Part shown: positions 27,705 to 36,226 of the stretch, piece by piece
Numbering within the stretch: the stretch's first letter is position 1
Layout: each line of letters opens with the position of its first letter
Origin: Abditibacteriaceae bacterium
GTDB taxonomy: Bacteria; Armatimonadota; Abditibacteriia; Abditibacteriales; Abditibacteriaceae
Reading direction: 5' to 3'
DNA length: 53,556 nt
Assembly (NCBI GenBank): GCA_031372065.1
Contig: JANMKN010000350.1
Span: 1 to 53,556, forward strand
The notes under the pieces: model-generated
Databases searched by the model: none
Seen by the model: only the letters and a program-made list of their open reading frames with translations
Told to the model about the DNA's origin: nothing
Made by a program: the position numbers and the translations under genes

Positions 27705-29260
27705 TGGTGTGCCTCCTTCGCCTCGTGCTCCATCGCATAAGGGTTTTCGACGGGGCCGTGCGGCTTCACATAGGTGGCAGGTGTCCCAGCGCCTTCTTTG
27801 TTGGCCCAATCCTTAAAGGTCAGCGGTTTGGCGTCTTTGTATTTGGGGTTCGCTCTCACGAAGTCGTCGAAAGCGGCGTGACCTGAAAAGGCGCGCGACC
27901 ACTGATTGCACTTGGCATGACTGCCCGGTTCTTCGAGAAACAAAACGCCCGGCGTGTCCGTAGTGAGATTACCTTCCTCATCGGAAATCACGACCAGCGT
28001 TTTCTCCGGCGTTTCCAGCGGTATTCGCAGAATGGCCTGACCTTTGGTTTCGCTGGCCATGTCGCGGGCACACAGCGCGCAACGTTGGCGCATCGTCCAA
28101 CCTTCGGCGCTTACCGTCGAAGAGCGCCACTCGTCCTTGCCAGTGGGTAGCGGCATCGAGCAGTGATGGCAGTCGCTCATGCTCATCCACCCCATGCCCG
28201 GCATATACATCAGCTCGGTTGTCGCGCCTTTCATCATGCCCATGCCCGGCATCCCTTCCAAGAAGCGATGATCGTGCATACTGCCCTGCATTTGATCTGT
28301 GCCGTCGCCAGCTTTTTCGTTGCGGTGCGCGTCCGCCGACACTATCCAAATGGCGCGCTTGATTTGCTCGGCTTTCTGCGAATCGCTTATCCAATCGCTG
28401 GCGAGGATGTCGTTCACCATGTCGTGCAGCATATGCAGGTTGTCGAAGGCATTAGCGATGTCGGGATACTTCGCGGCGAATTTGGGACTGGTTTCCGCAA
28501 ACATCGGCATGAAAACGCGATTCGTGCGGTAAAGCTCCGTCTTGTGATAGCGTTGGCCAACCACCTCATAAGAGCGTTTTTGCTGTTCCAACGTCAAGCC
28601 GTCCAGCATGTCATACATTCCGCCTTGCAGCCAGTGGTAACCCCAGAAAAGGCCGTTCACCTTCGGGTATTTGTGGCGAAAGGCCATGGAATAAGGCTGA
28701 GAATCGAGCCAGCCCATGTTCATCGGCAATGGCGTGATGGCGTAGGGCACCTGCGTGAAATAGAAATCCCACAGCGCCCTGATCTCACGGTCTTTTTGCG
28801 CCGGTGTCATCTTCGGCGAAGCCAATACGTCCACGGTCTGTGCGTGCAGGACGTGTGTCCAGTCGAAGACTTGCTCCAACACGCCGTATTTGCGCCCAAA
28901 TGTCGGCGAAAGATTGGCTTCATCCGGCATGAACTTGGGCGGATTGTTCAGCACGCGATTGATATGGTCAAACGTGGCACTATCGAGCGTGGCCGCCTTA
29001 CCGGTCACCAAATCTTCGTAAGCCATTGCGTGCCCAACCGCCACGGCGTTCAAATCGAGCGCCAGCGGTTTGAGGTTGTAAACCGCGAAGTTGTAAGGCC
29101 CGCGCTTGTAAAAGATGTGGTTTTGTTTGGTGTTGTCCAGCCACGATGGCAGATTCTTCGGTAACGACGGTAAAGCCGTGATCGAAGCAGGCATTTGCGC
29201 GTGGGTAACGCTCGCTGCCGCCAAGATCGCCAACGTAGTCATCCAAATTTTGCGTTGCAT
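27701..29260 (-). CDS. Uncharacterised secreted metal-binding protein: duplicated HxxH helical domain + Met-rich linker + NosL/MerB-like Cys domain
   Basis: GAGGAG RBS; signal peptide; FDWTHVLH and FDNLHMLH repeats; MPGMGMM...MYMPGMGWMSM; CHHCSM, CALC, HAKC. Confidence 0.8.
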   Translation of the reverse strand: MQRKIWMTTLAILAAASVTHAQMPASITALPSLPKNLPSWLDNTKQNHIFYKRGPYNFAVYNLKPLALDLNAVAVGHAMAYEDLVTGKAATLDSATFDHINRVLNNPPKFMPDEANLSPTFGRKYGVLEQVFDWTHVLHAQTVDVLASPKMTPAQKDREIRALWDFYFTQVPYAITPLPMNMGWLDSQPYSMAFRHKYPKVNGLFWGYHWLQGGMYDMLDGLTLEQQKRSYEVVGQRYHKTELYRTNRVFMPMFAETSPKFAAKYPDIANAFDNLHMLHDMVNDILASDWISDSQKAEQIKRAIWIVSADAHRNEKAGDGTDQMQGSMHDHRFLEGMPGMGMMKGATTELMYMPGMGWMSMSDCHHCSMPLPTGKDEWRSSTVSAEGWTMRQRCALCARDMASETKGQAILRIPLETPEKTLVVISDEEGNLTTDTPGVLFLEEPGSHAKCNQWSRAFSGHAAFDDFVRANPKYKDAKPLTFKDWANKEGAGTPATYVKPHGPVENPYAMEHEAKEAHQ

Positions 29261-29302
29261 TCTGCTCCTCTGGGGGCGCTTAACAGCGCCCCATTGCCGC
29301 GT

Positions 29303-29821
29303 TTATTTGGCTTTCTCGTTGGTTTTGTCCACAATTTCGAGCATCTGCGCCAACGTCAGCGGCTTGGTATCCGGTAGTTGCTCTTTATTGTTGGCAATAT
29401 ACACCTGCGCTGCCTCTATGGTCGTGAAAGCCCGGTAAGTTACGTTGCAGATTTTGTGATTGGCTTTCTGCGCGACGAAGGCGACGTTTTCCTCCGAAGC
29501 CGTCCACTTGCCGTCAGTGCGTTTTAGAGTGACCGGTTCGCCCTTCTTTTCTGAGGGCGCAAGGATGCTCAGATCGCCCTTGTATTCGGTCTTGGCTTCC
29601 GAAAGTGCACAATACACGCACTTGTATTCGATGCGCTTTTTGCCCAATTTCAGGGTCACTTCGTTGTCTTGCGTGGCGGTGTCCTGTGTGAGGGTTTGTG
29701 CGCAGAAAGGGCATGGCGCTTCGTGCGCCGGTGCCGGACGGACAAAAGTAATGCCGCCAAGGGCCAGCGTAGCGCCCAGAATTATTGCCGCACGGCGGCG
29801 AGTCATTGGAATGGATTGCAT
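29303..29821 (-). CDS. Exported Cys-rich NosL/MerB-like metal-binding protein
   Basis: AGGAG RBS; TRRRAA + hydrophobic leader (Tat-like); CPFC, CVYC, HKIC, RAFTTIEAAQVY...KPLTL. Confidence 0.75.
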   Translation of the reverse strand: MQSIPMTRRRAAIILGATLALGGITFVRPAPAHEAPCPFCAQTLTQDTATQDNEVTLKLGKKRIEYKCVYCALSEAKTEYKGDLSILAPSEKKGEPVTLKRTDGKWTASEENVAFVAQKANHKICNVTYRAFTTIEAAQVYIANNKEQLPDTKPLTLAQMLEIVDKTNEKAK

Positions 29822-30030
29822 GATGTCTCCTGAATCGAGTCGGTTGAAGGTTTTTGTCGAGAGCGACGAGAAATATCGCTTAATGTTGCCGTGCACAGCA
29901 AGGCGAGTCACTTCCTTTAGCGCAGGCGCGCTTGGGTGATATGGGCAGGAGCTAAACGGGGATTTTAAGGCGCAACACGAACCTTCGCGAGGCGAGATAC
30001 GACATTTATAGCCACCAATTCAGCTCTTTG

Positions 30031-30504
30031 CTAAATTGCAGGCGGGGCACGGCTGGGGAGTGAAATGAAACAAGGTTTCGGAGGGCGTTGAATGTCGCTG
30101 CCAACGCAGAAGTGATTGGCTGGCGGCAAGACTGCCAGTGCAAAGGGAAACGTGGGCGTTGCCAGAGCAAGCAAAGAAAAGGCGCTTGTGTTCTGTGCTT
30201 CGGACGCAAACGGCAAGGTTTCTGGGCCGTGGCATTCACAGCGTTGGTCGATATTGCACTGTGCGGCAGGGTAAGCGTGGTGCTGGTTCGCATTCGCCAC
30301 CACAGCCGATTGCGCCATTCCGCCTTGCGCCGCGCCGCCAGAACGTGCAGTCGCATCACTTTCATTGTGGCACGATTCAACATGAGCTTGCTGTCCATTG
30401 GGCGCGCAGCAACAAGCGAAAGCCATCGTCGGGGTTATGACGACCCCGAAAACGGCCAACAATGCCAAAACAACCCAAAATTTGCTCTTGCGGAGAACGT
30501 TCAT
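30031..30504 (-). CDS. Cys/His-rich leader protein with C-terminal RAPP motif (DUF2946/CruR/CutF/CopL-like candidate arrest peptide)
   Basis: N-terminal hydrophobic segment, 9 Cys and 6 His, Pro-rich tail ending SRAPPAI*; first gene after the operator. Confidence 0.72.
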   Translation of the reverse strand: MNVLRKSKFWVVLALLAVFGVVITPTMAFACCCAPNGQQAHVESCHNESDATARSGGAAQGGMAQSAVVANANQHHAYPAAQCNIDQRCECHGPETLPFASEAQNTSAFSLLALATPTFPFALAVLPPANHFCVGSDIQRPPKPCFISLPSRAPPAI

Positions 30505-30518
30505 TATTTTTGAGGGCA

Positions 30519-30538
30519 ATTATACCCTATGGCGGTAT
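30519..30538 (-). promoter_or_regulatory. CsoR-type operator overlapping a TATAAT -10 box at the head of the copper operon
   Basis: ATACCCTATGGCGGTAT (30522-30538) is 15/17 identical to the copA operator in inverted orientation; minus-strand TATAAT at 30524-30519. Confidence 0.8.
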
Positions 30539-30819
30539 CTACGACTGCCTCATGCGAGGGTTCCCGTGATCTGCCAAGGCAACGACAACCAGACTCTCCC
30601 TCTACTTCGCCAATTCAATAGAAGCCGGGCTGCATGCCCTGTAACGGGACTTTTCCCGTAACGCTTTGTGGAGAGATTTGGCCACGATGATAAAGCCATA
30701 AAGCAGCCCATTTTCCGTCGATCAGGCCGTAAGCGAAAGCGGTGGCGGCGTTGGTGCCAGCAGTTTTGAGCGTGCCATGCGCGAATTTGACGCCGGGAAA
30801 CGCGAAAATTTAGTCGTTT

Positions 30820-30912
30820 AAAGGCAACATTTATTTCACGACCAGAGGCACTGCGCTTTATGCCATCGCTTTGGCTTGGTTCGGCGCCGATGTCATTGCT
30901 TTTGCCCATTGA
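30820..30912 (+). pseudogene. Possible decayed fragment of a GH29 alpha-L-fucosidase C-terminal domain
   Basis: KGNIYFTTRGTALYAIALAWF resembles the DIRFTTKG..LYAIALAWP motif; no start codon, stops nearby. Confidence 0.35.
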
Positions 30913-30954
30913 AGATGAGCAGAAACAATGACATCGCTGAAACTCGTCGCCTTG

Positions 30955-30982
30955 TTTACAAAATCTATTTCAGGGGTATAAT
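30955..30982 (+). promoter_or_regulatory. Sigma70-like promoter for the DUF1559 gene
   Basis: TTTACA-N16-TATAAT, about 42 nt upstream of ATG 31025. Confidence 0.6.
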
Positions 30983-31024
30983 GAAGCGTCGTTGCAATTT
31001 TAGGTCTCGAAAGGTTATGGGATT

Positions 31025-31750
31025 ATGAACATGAAACGCCGCAACACAACACGCAAGCCACAAACCGGCTTCACCTTGATCGAGCTGCTTGTCGTCATAG
31101 CGATAATAGCGCTCCTCGCCGCCATTTTATTTCCCGTTTTCGCTCGCGCCCGCGAAAACGCCCGCAAATCGTCCTGCATGAACAACATGAAGCAAATCGG
31201 CGTAGGCTTGATGGCGTATGTGCAGGACTTCGACGAAAAGTATGTGTTTCAAAATGGTGATGGCCTGACTGTGGGGGGCGCCGCAGGCGCTCCCATGGGA
31301 GCAGTAGCCGGTTTGACCTTTGCGGATTTCCTCCATCCTTACATCAAAAACGAACAGGTTTGGAAATGCCCGTCATGCCCCAGACTGGGAGACCCCAACC
31401 CACGAATCAGTTATCACATGAATGGCTGCATGAACGGCACATCACTGGCTAATGTGGCGGCAGTCTCAAAAACCAGTATGTTTCGTGATCCGGGAAGTTC
31501 GACCACTTACAACCGCTGCTTTCTGCGCGTTGTTCCGGTTGATTATGGTGCCAACGATTGCGACGGTAGCGCGGCGGGAACGACAAATATCACCAACGAG
31601 CGCAATGGCGTCAATGCGCAGGCAGGCCCGCACTTTGAAGGCTACAATGTGGTTTTTGCCGACGGCCATGTCAAGTGGATGGCGCGCAGTGATTTTCTGC
31701 TGACAGGCACGGGAGCGAAAATTATTTACAGTCCGAATGGTTTGAAATAA
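31025..31750 (+). CDS. DUF1559 family prepilin-type N-terminal cleavage/methylation protein with H-X9-DG motif
   Basis: [52 protein letters not shown]. Confidence 0.92.
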   Translation: MNMKRRNTTRKPQTGFTLIELLVVIAIIALLAAILFPVFARARENARKSSCMNNMKQIGVGLMAYVQDFDEKYVFQNGDGLTVGGAAGAPMGAVAGLTFADFLHPYIKNEQVWKCPSCPRLGDPNPRISYHMNGCMNGTSLANVAAVSKTSMFRDPGSSTTYNRCFLRVVPVDYGANDCDGSAAGTTNITNERNGVNAQAGPHFEGYNVVFADGHVKWMARSDFLLTGTGAKIIYSPNGLK

Positions 31751-31769
31751 TTCGCGCAGCAGCAAAGTG

Positions 31770-31804
31770 AAAAGCGGACGACCTTTATGGTTGTCCGCTT
31801 TTTT
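31770..31804. terminator. Bidirectional intrinsic terminator
   Basis: AAAAGCGGACGACC-TTTAT-GGTTGTCCGCTTTT hairpin with A and T tracts between convergent genes. Confidence 0.85.
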
Positions 31805-33011
31805 ATTGATAACGCAAAGCCTCAATCGGGTCTAATTGTGAGGCTTGATAAGCCGGATAAATGCCGAAGAAAACGCCGATAACAGTTGAAGACAGAAACG
31901 AAGCCACTATCCAAAACAGTGAAACCACCGAAGACCAGCCCAAATAAGACGCGATCAAACTTGAGAGGCCCAAACCGGCCACAATGCCAATAATGCCGCC
32001 TAAAAGCGTGACTGTCACCGATTCAACCAGAAATTGAAACAAAATATCGCGGTTGCGCGCTCCCACAGCCTTGCGAATGCCGATTTCGCGCGTGCGCTCC
32101 GTCACCGAAACAATCATGATATTCATGATGCCGATGCCGCCGACAATGAGCGAAATCGAAGCGATACCAGCTAAAGCCATTGTCAAAACTGTGCCGATTG
32201 TATCCACAGAGCGCAGCAGTTCCGCTTGACTCAGAATTGTAAAATCCGCTTCGGCGCCTTCTTTCAAGCGATGCATTTTGCGCAATGTTTTTTCGAGTTC
32301 CTGCTTGGCCTGTTCGTTTTTGGTGACTTCGCCCACTTGCGCGTTCAGTTGCGTGACGTAATCCACGCCAAAAACCACTTTCATGCCCGCCGTGACGGGA
32401 ATATAAACCTGATCGTCCGGGTTGCCAAACATCGCCGAGCCTTTGAGCGCCATGATGCCGACGATTTTAAACGCCACACCTTTTATGCGCACCATTTGGC
32501 CCAGCGGCGCCGCGCTGCCAAAAAGATTTGTCGCCGTTGTTCTTCCCATCACGCACACTTTTTTCATCGAACTAACATCGCGCGCCGTGATAAAGCGCCC
32601 GCTTTCGATGCGGAAGTTTTGAATGATAAGATAATCCGGCTCGGTGCAAATAATATCCGTCGTGGAGTTTTTGTTACCGAATTTCACCTGCGCCGGGCGT
32701 TGCAGCGTGGCAGAAATGGCCACAATCGCAGGGCATTCTTTGCGAATCGCCGCCGCATCTTTGGGCTTGAGCGTGGGCTTGGTGCCAATAGCAATGCCGC
32801 CGCGCTTTTGCTGGCCGGGAAAAACAATAATCGAATTGCTGCCCAGCGCCTGCACTTGCCCCAGTATCTGTTGCCGCACACCGTTGCCAACAGCCGTGCA
32901 AAGAATTACAGAAAGCACACCAATCGTGATGCCCAAAACGGTCAAGGCCGAACGTAATTTATTCGTCGTCAGGCTTTGCAAAGCAACCCATATATTCGAC
33001 CAGATATTCAT
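31803..33011 (-). CDS. MacB/FtsX-like ABC transporter permease
   Basis: NKLRSALTVLGITIGV, GGIGIMNIMIVSVTERTREIGIRKAVGA, ASQLDPIEALRY. Confidence 0.93.
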   Translation of the reverse strand: MNIWSNIWVALQSLTTNKLRSALTVLGITIGVLSVILCTAVGNGVRQQILGQVQALGSNSIIVFPGQQKRGGIAIGTKPTLKPKDAAAIRKECPAIVAISATLQRPAQVKFGNKNSTTDIICTEPDYLIIQNFRIESGRFITARDVSSMKKVCVMGRTTATNLFGSAAPLGQMVRIKGVAFKIVGIMALKGSAMFGNPDDQVYIPVTAGMKVVFGVDYVTQLNAQVGEVTKNEQAKQELEKTLRKMHRLKEGAEADFTILSQAELLRSVDTIGTVLTMALAGIASISLIVGGIGIMNIMIVSVTERTREIGIRKAVGARNRDILFQFLVESVTVTLLGGIIGIVAGLGLSSLIASYLGWSSVVSLFWIVASFLSSTVIGVFFGIYPAYQASQLDPIEALRYQ

Positions 33012-33094
33012 CGCAATTCCGTCATGTATCTATCCTCTTTGACCGGCTCAAGCAAACAAACGCCGCTGCGCCTTTGAACGCAACGGGATTAACC

Positions 33095-33991
33095 CTATGT
33101 TCTTTTAATTTGTCGTTTTTTCTTTTTTGCACGACGAGAAGAAGCCTTTTTCGGCGTTTGATTGGCTTTCTCGTCCTTTTCAAATTCCAAGATTTTTTTC
33201 TTGTAGAGGTTTTGACGAAGGTATTGATAACTGGCAGGATAATAAAAGCGAAGCCGTTCCGATGCAGGGCCAAACTCCCACAGGTCATTGCCGCTACGCA
33301 TATCTGCTATCAAGGATGTTTTATGGACATCAGTAGTGAGACCACTCCAATCAGTTTTTACGAATTGCGCCAAAACAGGAGATTCTATTGGCGAATTAAC
33401 GACTAAACCAAGTGTGGGTTGATAACGCAGAACGGCTAAATTCCGGTTGACGATTTGGCCTATTAAAACATAGCAAACGTCGCCTACTTTAATTGTGTAA
33501 TCACCATCAAAATTGCGTTCGAGAGGTTTCTTTTTTGGAGGCATTGTGCGCCTGTTTCGATTTCGCGGGTCATATTCATCACTAAAGTAGCGAAACATAA
33601 ATTCGTGCCCCGCAGCAAGTTTCGTAAGCCGTTTATCATTGAGATGTTGAATAAGATAAGGCAGCACCGTAATACCACGTCGAACTAATTCGCGCATTTG
33701 AGGTAAGGTCTGTGGGGCATACGAGCCTAAAATACCGCCGCCAAATCGTGGCTCTTCATCTGTTGCCATGAAACCACTCGCCCAAGCCGTGCCGTGAATT
33801 CCAACGGTTTGTGTCTTGAGTGCAGTCAATCCATCAATCAATTTTTCGACGGGCACAGTAGAGTAATTGGTTGCCTTTGGTTTATTAGCGGCAAAAGCAC
33901 TGGGCATGGCCATCAGAAGAACCACTATGAACCACCAGCGATTTTTCAGGGCCAGACAAGATGCTTTTAACATACAGTTACCTCTGCTCAC
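33095..33991 (-). CDS. Hypothetical secreted protein
   Basis: 298-aa ORF filling the gap, signal-like segment (..PSAFA), visibly AT-richer than neighbours; start uncertain. Confidence 0.65.
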   Translation of the reverse strand: MSRGNCMLKASCLALKNRWWFIVVLLMAMPSAFAANKPKATNYSTVPVEKLIDGLTALKTQTVGIHGTAWASGFMATDEEPRFGGGILGSYAPQTLPQMRELVRRGITVLPYLIQHLNDKRLTKLAAGHEFMFRYFSDEYDPRNRNRRTMPPKKKPLERNFDGDYTIKVGDVCYVLIGQIVNRNLAVLRYQPTLGLVVNSPIESPVLAQFVKTDWSGLTTDVHKTSLIADMRSGNDLWEFGPASERLRFYYPASYQYLRQNLYKKKILEFEKDEKANQTPKKASSRRAKKKKRQIKRT

Positions 33992-34015
33992 ATTTTACAA
34001 CAGTTGCTGATTATT

Positions 34016-35410
34016 TTATTTCCTCGCTTCGGCTTGCAGCTTCGCGGCCTGATTAGGGTCGCCGATGTGCAGAGTATCGTAGGCTTGCTGCGAAGTTTTG
34101 AAAGCGCCGATGCCTTCGTGACCATGCCAATCGCCTTGATGATGAATCGGATTGGGCAAGCCGGTTTCACTTTCGCGCTTGGCAATCCAATTTTCCATGC
34201 GCAATTTTAAATCGGCGACGATTTCGGGGCGCTTTTCGGCCAAGTTTTCGTTTTCCTGCGGGTCGTTTTGCAAATCATACAGTTCAAATTCCGGTTTGAA
34301 GTGAAAATCCGGCTCCAGCGCGATAATCAATTTCCATTCGGGCGTGCGCCAGCCGTGCTTGCGCATCCAGGTGCATTCGGTGAAATAAAATTCATCGGCG
34401 TGCGCGGTTTGCTCGTCCTGCGCTAAGGGCAAAAGGCTGTGACCATTAAACGAATCGGGCACTTCAATTTCGGCCAATTCTAAAATCGTCGGCAGCAAAT
34501 CTTTGTGTTGATTGAACGCCGCCACGCGACGATTCACGGGCATTTTGCCGGGATAACGAATAATCAGTGGGACGTGCAAAACGTTGTCGTAAGTGCCGTG
34601 ATGATCGAACCAACATTCGTGTTCGTAAAGCGTTTCGCCGTGATCGCCGTTAATAACGACAATGGTTTCGTCTGTAATGCCATGCGTTTCGAGCGTTTGA
34701 AAAATGGTTTGAATGCACGAATCCATGTAAGCAATGGCGCCATCGTATTGCGCGACGACGTAATCTTTATCGGAAATGCCGGGCGGCATCCACGCGGCGA
34801 AGAAGTCGCAAAACGGCTTAAAATTCATCACCGGCTCCATGCTTTCATCCGCCGGGTCGCATTCATCGCCATGATAAAAAGCGCGTTCAAACGGTGCGGG
34901 CGGCAAATAAGGCGCGTGCGGGTCCATGTGCCGCAAAAACAAAAAGAACGGCTTCTCTTCGCCGATTAATCTGTCCAATTCAGGAATCGCCACATCGTTT
35001 AAGTTTTGCGCTTTGGGACTGCGGCCTTCGTTCCAACTGCCCCATCCGGCAAAATCCACATATTTATCAAAGCCGCGCGAGGCCGGATTGCCGGTAAAGC
35101 CAACGCAAGTGGTGTTATAACCCGCTTCGCGCAAAATTTCGGGCAGCGTTCGCACTTCGGCGCGCAACGGCCCTTTGTGGCGAAGCGCCACAACTTGCGT
35201 GCTGAAAACGTCCTGCCCGGTCAGCATCGAAGAATATGCGCTCGTCGTGGGAATATGGGCGCTAAAAGTGTTCTCGAAAAGCGTGCCGCCAAGCGCGAAG
35301 CGATCAATATGCGGCGTGGTCAGGCGCTGATAGCCGTAGCAACTCATGTGGTCGGCACGCAGCGAATCAATGCCCATCAAAATGATATTGGGCAGCTTTT
35401 TTCCGTTCAT
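34016..35410 (-). CDS. Sulfatase-like alkaline-phosphatase-superfamily hydrolase lacking the C/SxPxR motif
   Basis: PNIILMGIDSLRADH, PTTSAYSSMLTG, DPHAPY, GDHGE, HVPLII, ELYDL..DP.E..NL. Confidence 0.85.
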   Translation of the reverse strand: MNGKKLPNIILMGIDSLRADHMSCYGYQRLTTPHIDRFALGGTLFENTFSAHIPTTSAYSSMLTGQDVFSTQVVALRHKGPLRAEVRTLPEILREAGYNTTCVGFTGNPASRGFDKYVDFAGWGSWNEGRSPKAQNLNDVAIPELDRLIGEEKPFFLFLRHMDPHAPYLPPAPFERAFYHGDECDPADESMEPVMNFKPFCDFFAAWMPPGISDKDYVVAQYDGAIAYMDSCIQTIFQTLETHGITDETIVVINGDHGETLYEHECWFDHHGTYDNVLHVPLIIRYPGKMPVNRRVAAFNQHKDLLPTILELAEIEVPDSFNGHSLLPLAQDEQTAHADEFYFTECTWMRKHGWRTPEWKLIIALEPDFHFKPEFELYDLQNDPQENENLAEKRPEIVADLKLRMENWIAKRESETGLPNPIHHQGDWHGHEGIGAFKTSQQAYDTLHIGDPNQAAKLQAEARK

Positions 35411-35505
35411 GAATCCGTTTCCAATCGTGTTTGGGTGTTTTTGCGGCAACTTTAGGTTAATCGGTTTGATAGCGCCTCACACAGCAAAATCGTAAAATTC
35501 AGCGT

Positions 35506-35931
35506 GTGAATTTCCATTGGCGCAAGATTCTTTTAGTGACGCTGCTCTTTATCGGCGCCTTTGCGGGACTGATAAAATATTCGCTTTCGCAAACGCCCAA
35601 AATCAACAGGGATTCCAAATTAGTCCTCGACAAATTAATGGTGCGCTCACAAAAGCGCGATTATAAGGCGGCGTATCAACTTTTCACACCGAATTTGAAA
35701 AGCACTTTCAGTCTGCCCGCGTTTTCGCAAGATTGGCAGCTTTTTGAAAAAGCGCACGGCCCGATTCGCAACTGGACTTATTCGAGGGGCATGGTGAGCA
35801 TGGGCTATCCGCGTTTTGTGGAATCGGTTTATAAAGTGACTGGCAAAAAAAACGGCGCGGGAATGGTGCGCGTGCGACTGATTCCCGAAAACAACACTTG
35901 GCGCATTGATCGCCTGCTCATTTATCCGTGA
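35506..35931 (+). CDS. Hypothetical membrane-anchored protein (NTF2-like/DUF3887-like)
   Basis: N-terminal TM helix; DYKAAYQLFT...F...W and ENNTWRIDRL pattern. Confidence 0.6.
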   Translation: MNFHWRKILLVTLLFIGAFAGLIKYSLSQTPKINRDSKLVLDKLMVRSQKRDYKAAYQLFTPNLKSTFSLPAFSQDWQLFEKAHGPIRNWTYSRGMVSMGYPRFVESVYKVTGKKNGAGMVRVRLIPENNTWRIDRLLIYP

Positions 35932-36000
35932 TTTTCACCAAACGCGCCGCGCAAATCCGTTTAATTCCCACTCTTCAAATGGACAAAACGCGCAATCACA

Positions 36001-36226
36001 TCGCCAAAGTTCTTATCAAGGCAGCAAAGTTGTTATCAAGTCGTCTCAGTTGGCATTTGCATAACCTAAGCCTACCTATGATATAGCCTAAATCATCGTC
36101 AAGCCGCCAAAGTTGTCGTCATGTCGGCAAAGTTCTCATCAAGCTAACTCGATGCGCATTGATGTGTCCTCAGTGGTCATTTGCGTCCGCTCAGTGAACC
36201 TTTGTGTTGTCCAAGAAACCGTCAAG
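36001..36226. repeat. Degenerate ~20-bp tandem repeat array (consensus about NCGCCAAAGTTNTCATCAAG)
   Basis: Clear units at 36001, 36021, 36084, 36104 and 36124; variant CTCAGT units at 36041, 36165 and 36186. Confidence 0.65.

Noticed and set aside
29273..29292. GGGGCGCT-TAAC-AGCGCCCC hairpin inside the copper operon as a terminator
   Set aside because: No U-tract follows on the coding strand; more likely a stability or processing hairpin, and not supportable further.
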